Assembly: GCA_964187785.1 (NCBI GenBank) | Contig: OZ076409.1 | Span: forward strand, 44,394,001-44,458,000 | DNA from: Amphiscolops sp. MND2022 | Taxonomy: Eukaryota | Direction of reading: 5' to 3' | DNA length: 64,000 bases | Shown here: positions 62,801-64,000 of the stretch, one piece after another | How positions within the stretch are numbered: position 1 is the first letter of the stretch | Layout: every line of letters begins with the position of its first letter | Program-made: the position numbers and the translations under genes | The notes under the pieces: generated by a model | Seen by the model: only the letters and a program-made list of their open reading frames with translations | Told to the model about the DNA's origin: nothing | Databases searched by the model: none

Positions 62801-64000
62801 ACAATAACCTCCATTTTACGACTACACCACAAAATCAATTCTTTCCAACAGTTCCACACACTTTTTTCTTCACTAAATTTCGTACAACACTCAACTTTTT
62901 CGAAGTTTTCAGAGATGATAAACCAGACACTTGTGCGACAATCATACAAAACTCTAGAAATCATGTTGCAACACTCTTTACAGGACATATTGGATACAAA
63001 GAAGTTCCAATCACAAACGAAAAACCCAAATGTTATCAAGTAAATGGTAATAACACCCTGATACATAACGTTACTCATACATACCATCCTGATATTACAG
63101 AACTCATTCCACAACAAACTACTCATTGCATGATAATCATGAGTCTGTTTCTTCTCATCACTTTTCGCTACACCAAGTCCATATGACAAGGTCTGATAGA
63201 CCACATGTAACCTCATCCCTCTATAATGTACAACCCACTTCCAATACTTCCGAACCTCGTGTTTTCCCTTCATTACCATACACTACCGAAAATCTCAAAT
63301 TCATAAAAAAATTCGATTTCCAATTCTCCGACCTGACACTGAAAATATTACTCTATGTAGTCTTTTACTCAAATATAAAACTTGATATGCTACACATGAA
63401 AATGATGTTGGAGAAATAACAACCCCATTTCGTATTAGACTGAATACTAACGCTCAACTTATTACACAACGTCCTTTTAAAGTCCCAACTGATTATCGCG
63501 ACAAGTTATATACCCTTCTTAAAGAACTTGAAAAGTATAACATTATGAAACAAATTGGTTCCTCTCCACAAGACAAACCAGTTAATGGCACAATATATGT
63601 GAATTCTCTCATTATAATGCAAAAAGGAGATTCCATCAAATGCGTGTTAGACGCTCGACACCTTCACTCCAATACAGAACAATTTAATGAATCTTGGCCT
63701 ATTGATTCTTTTGCTCCCTAATTGGCACGCGCAAACAAAAAATACAATAGTGCAAAAGATCTCATGTATGCTTATGCACACACTCATCTGGACGACAGAA
63801 CCATAAAACTAACCAGTTTTTTGCTCTGGTGATAAAATCTTTGCTTTTATATCAAGCTTTTATTGCCTTAAAGGACTTCCAAATTTCTTTACAAAACAAA
63901 TATGAAACTTCTTTGAAACTCTTATAGAAAAAAGTTTTGCTCTTGTTTATATAGATGACAATTTACCCCTATCAAAATCCGAGGAAATATGTTTCAAATT
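56842..64000 (+). mobile_element. Degenerate Ty3/Gypsy element D (putative LTR/leader, gag, protease, start of RT), running off the window end
   Basis: Gag remnants GTALSWY...DWHAFVQAFKKQFS (61083-61337), knuckle CSFCHRTNHSISAC (~61645), protease LLDSSSTISVL (~62340) and RT-like CVLDARHL (~63640). The LTR start (TGTCCC at 56842) and PBS (TGGCATC at 58018) are tentative. Confidence 0.8.

Overview
Repeat-rich eukaryotic (animal-like) genomic DNA with spliceosomal GT-AG introns; I cannot name the species. The only clear host gene is a two-exon PP1 glycogen-targeting subunit (PPP1R3 family: RVxF-type motif plus CBM21), present twice in a near-identical 4.7 kb tandem duplication. The rest is nested transposable elements. 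The centrepiece is a young 14.9 kb Ty3/Gypsy element (A, 26068-40977, minus strand, 1083 bp LTRs, GACAG TSD) with three unusual traits. (1) It carries an antisense gene of at least 7 exons and ~1080 aa between integrase and the 3' LTR. The gene looks like a catalytically dead hAT-transposase derivative and keeps the same exon structure in a divergent relative (B, 9450-15157). (2) Gag initiates inside the LTR and is translated through the PBS. (3) A 14-nt plus 8-nt sequence 6 nt after the gag/pol slippery site is exactly complementary to a block 11 kb downstream that is conserved in B, suggesting a long-distance RNA frameshift stimulator. Also present: two older Gypsy elements, CRE-like and other LINE remnants, several hAT derivatives, a Merlin-like MITE, and a DINE/HINE-like family carrying tRNA-like boxes. 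All family assignments come from motif recognition by eye, not database searches.
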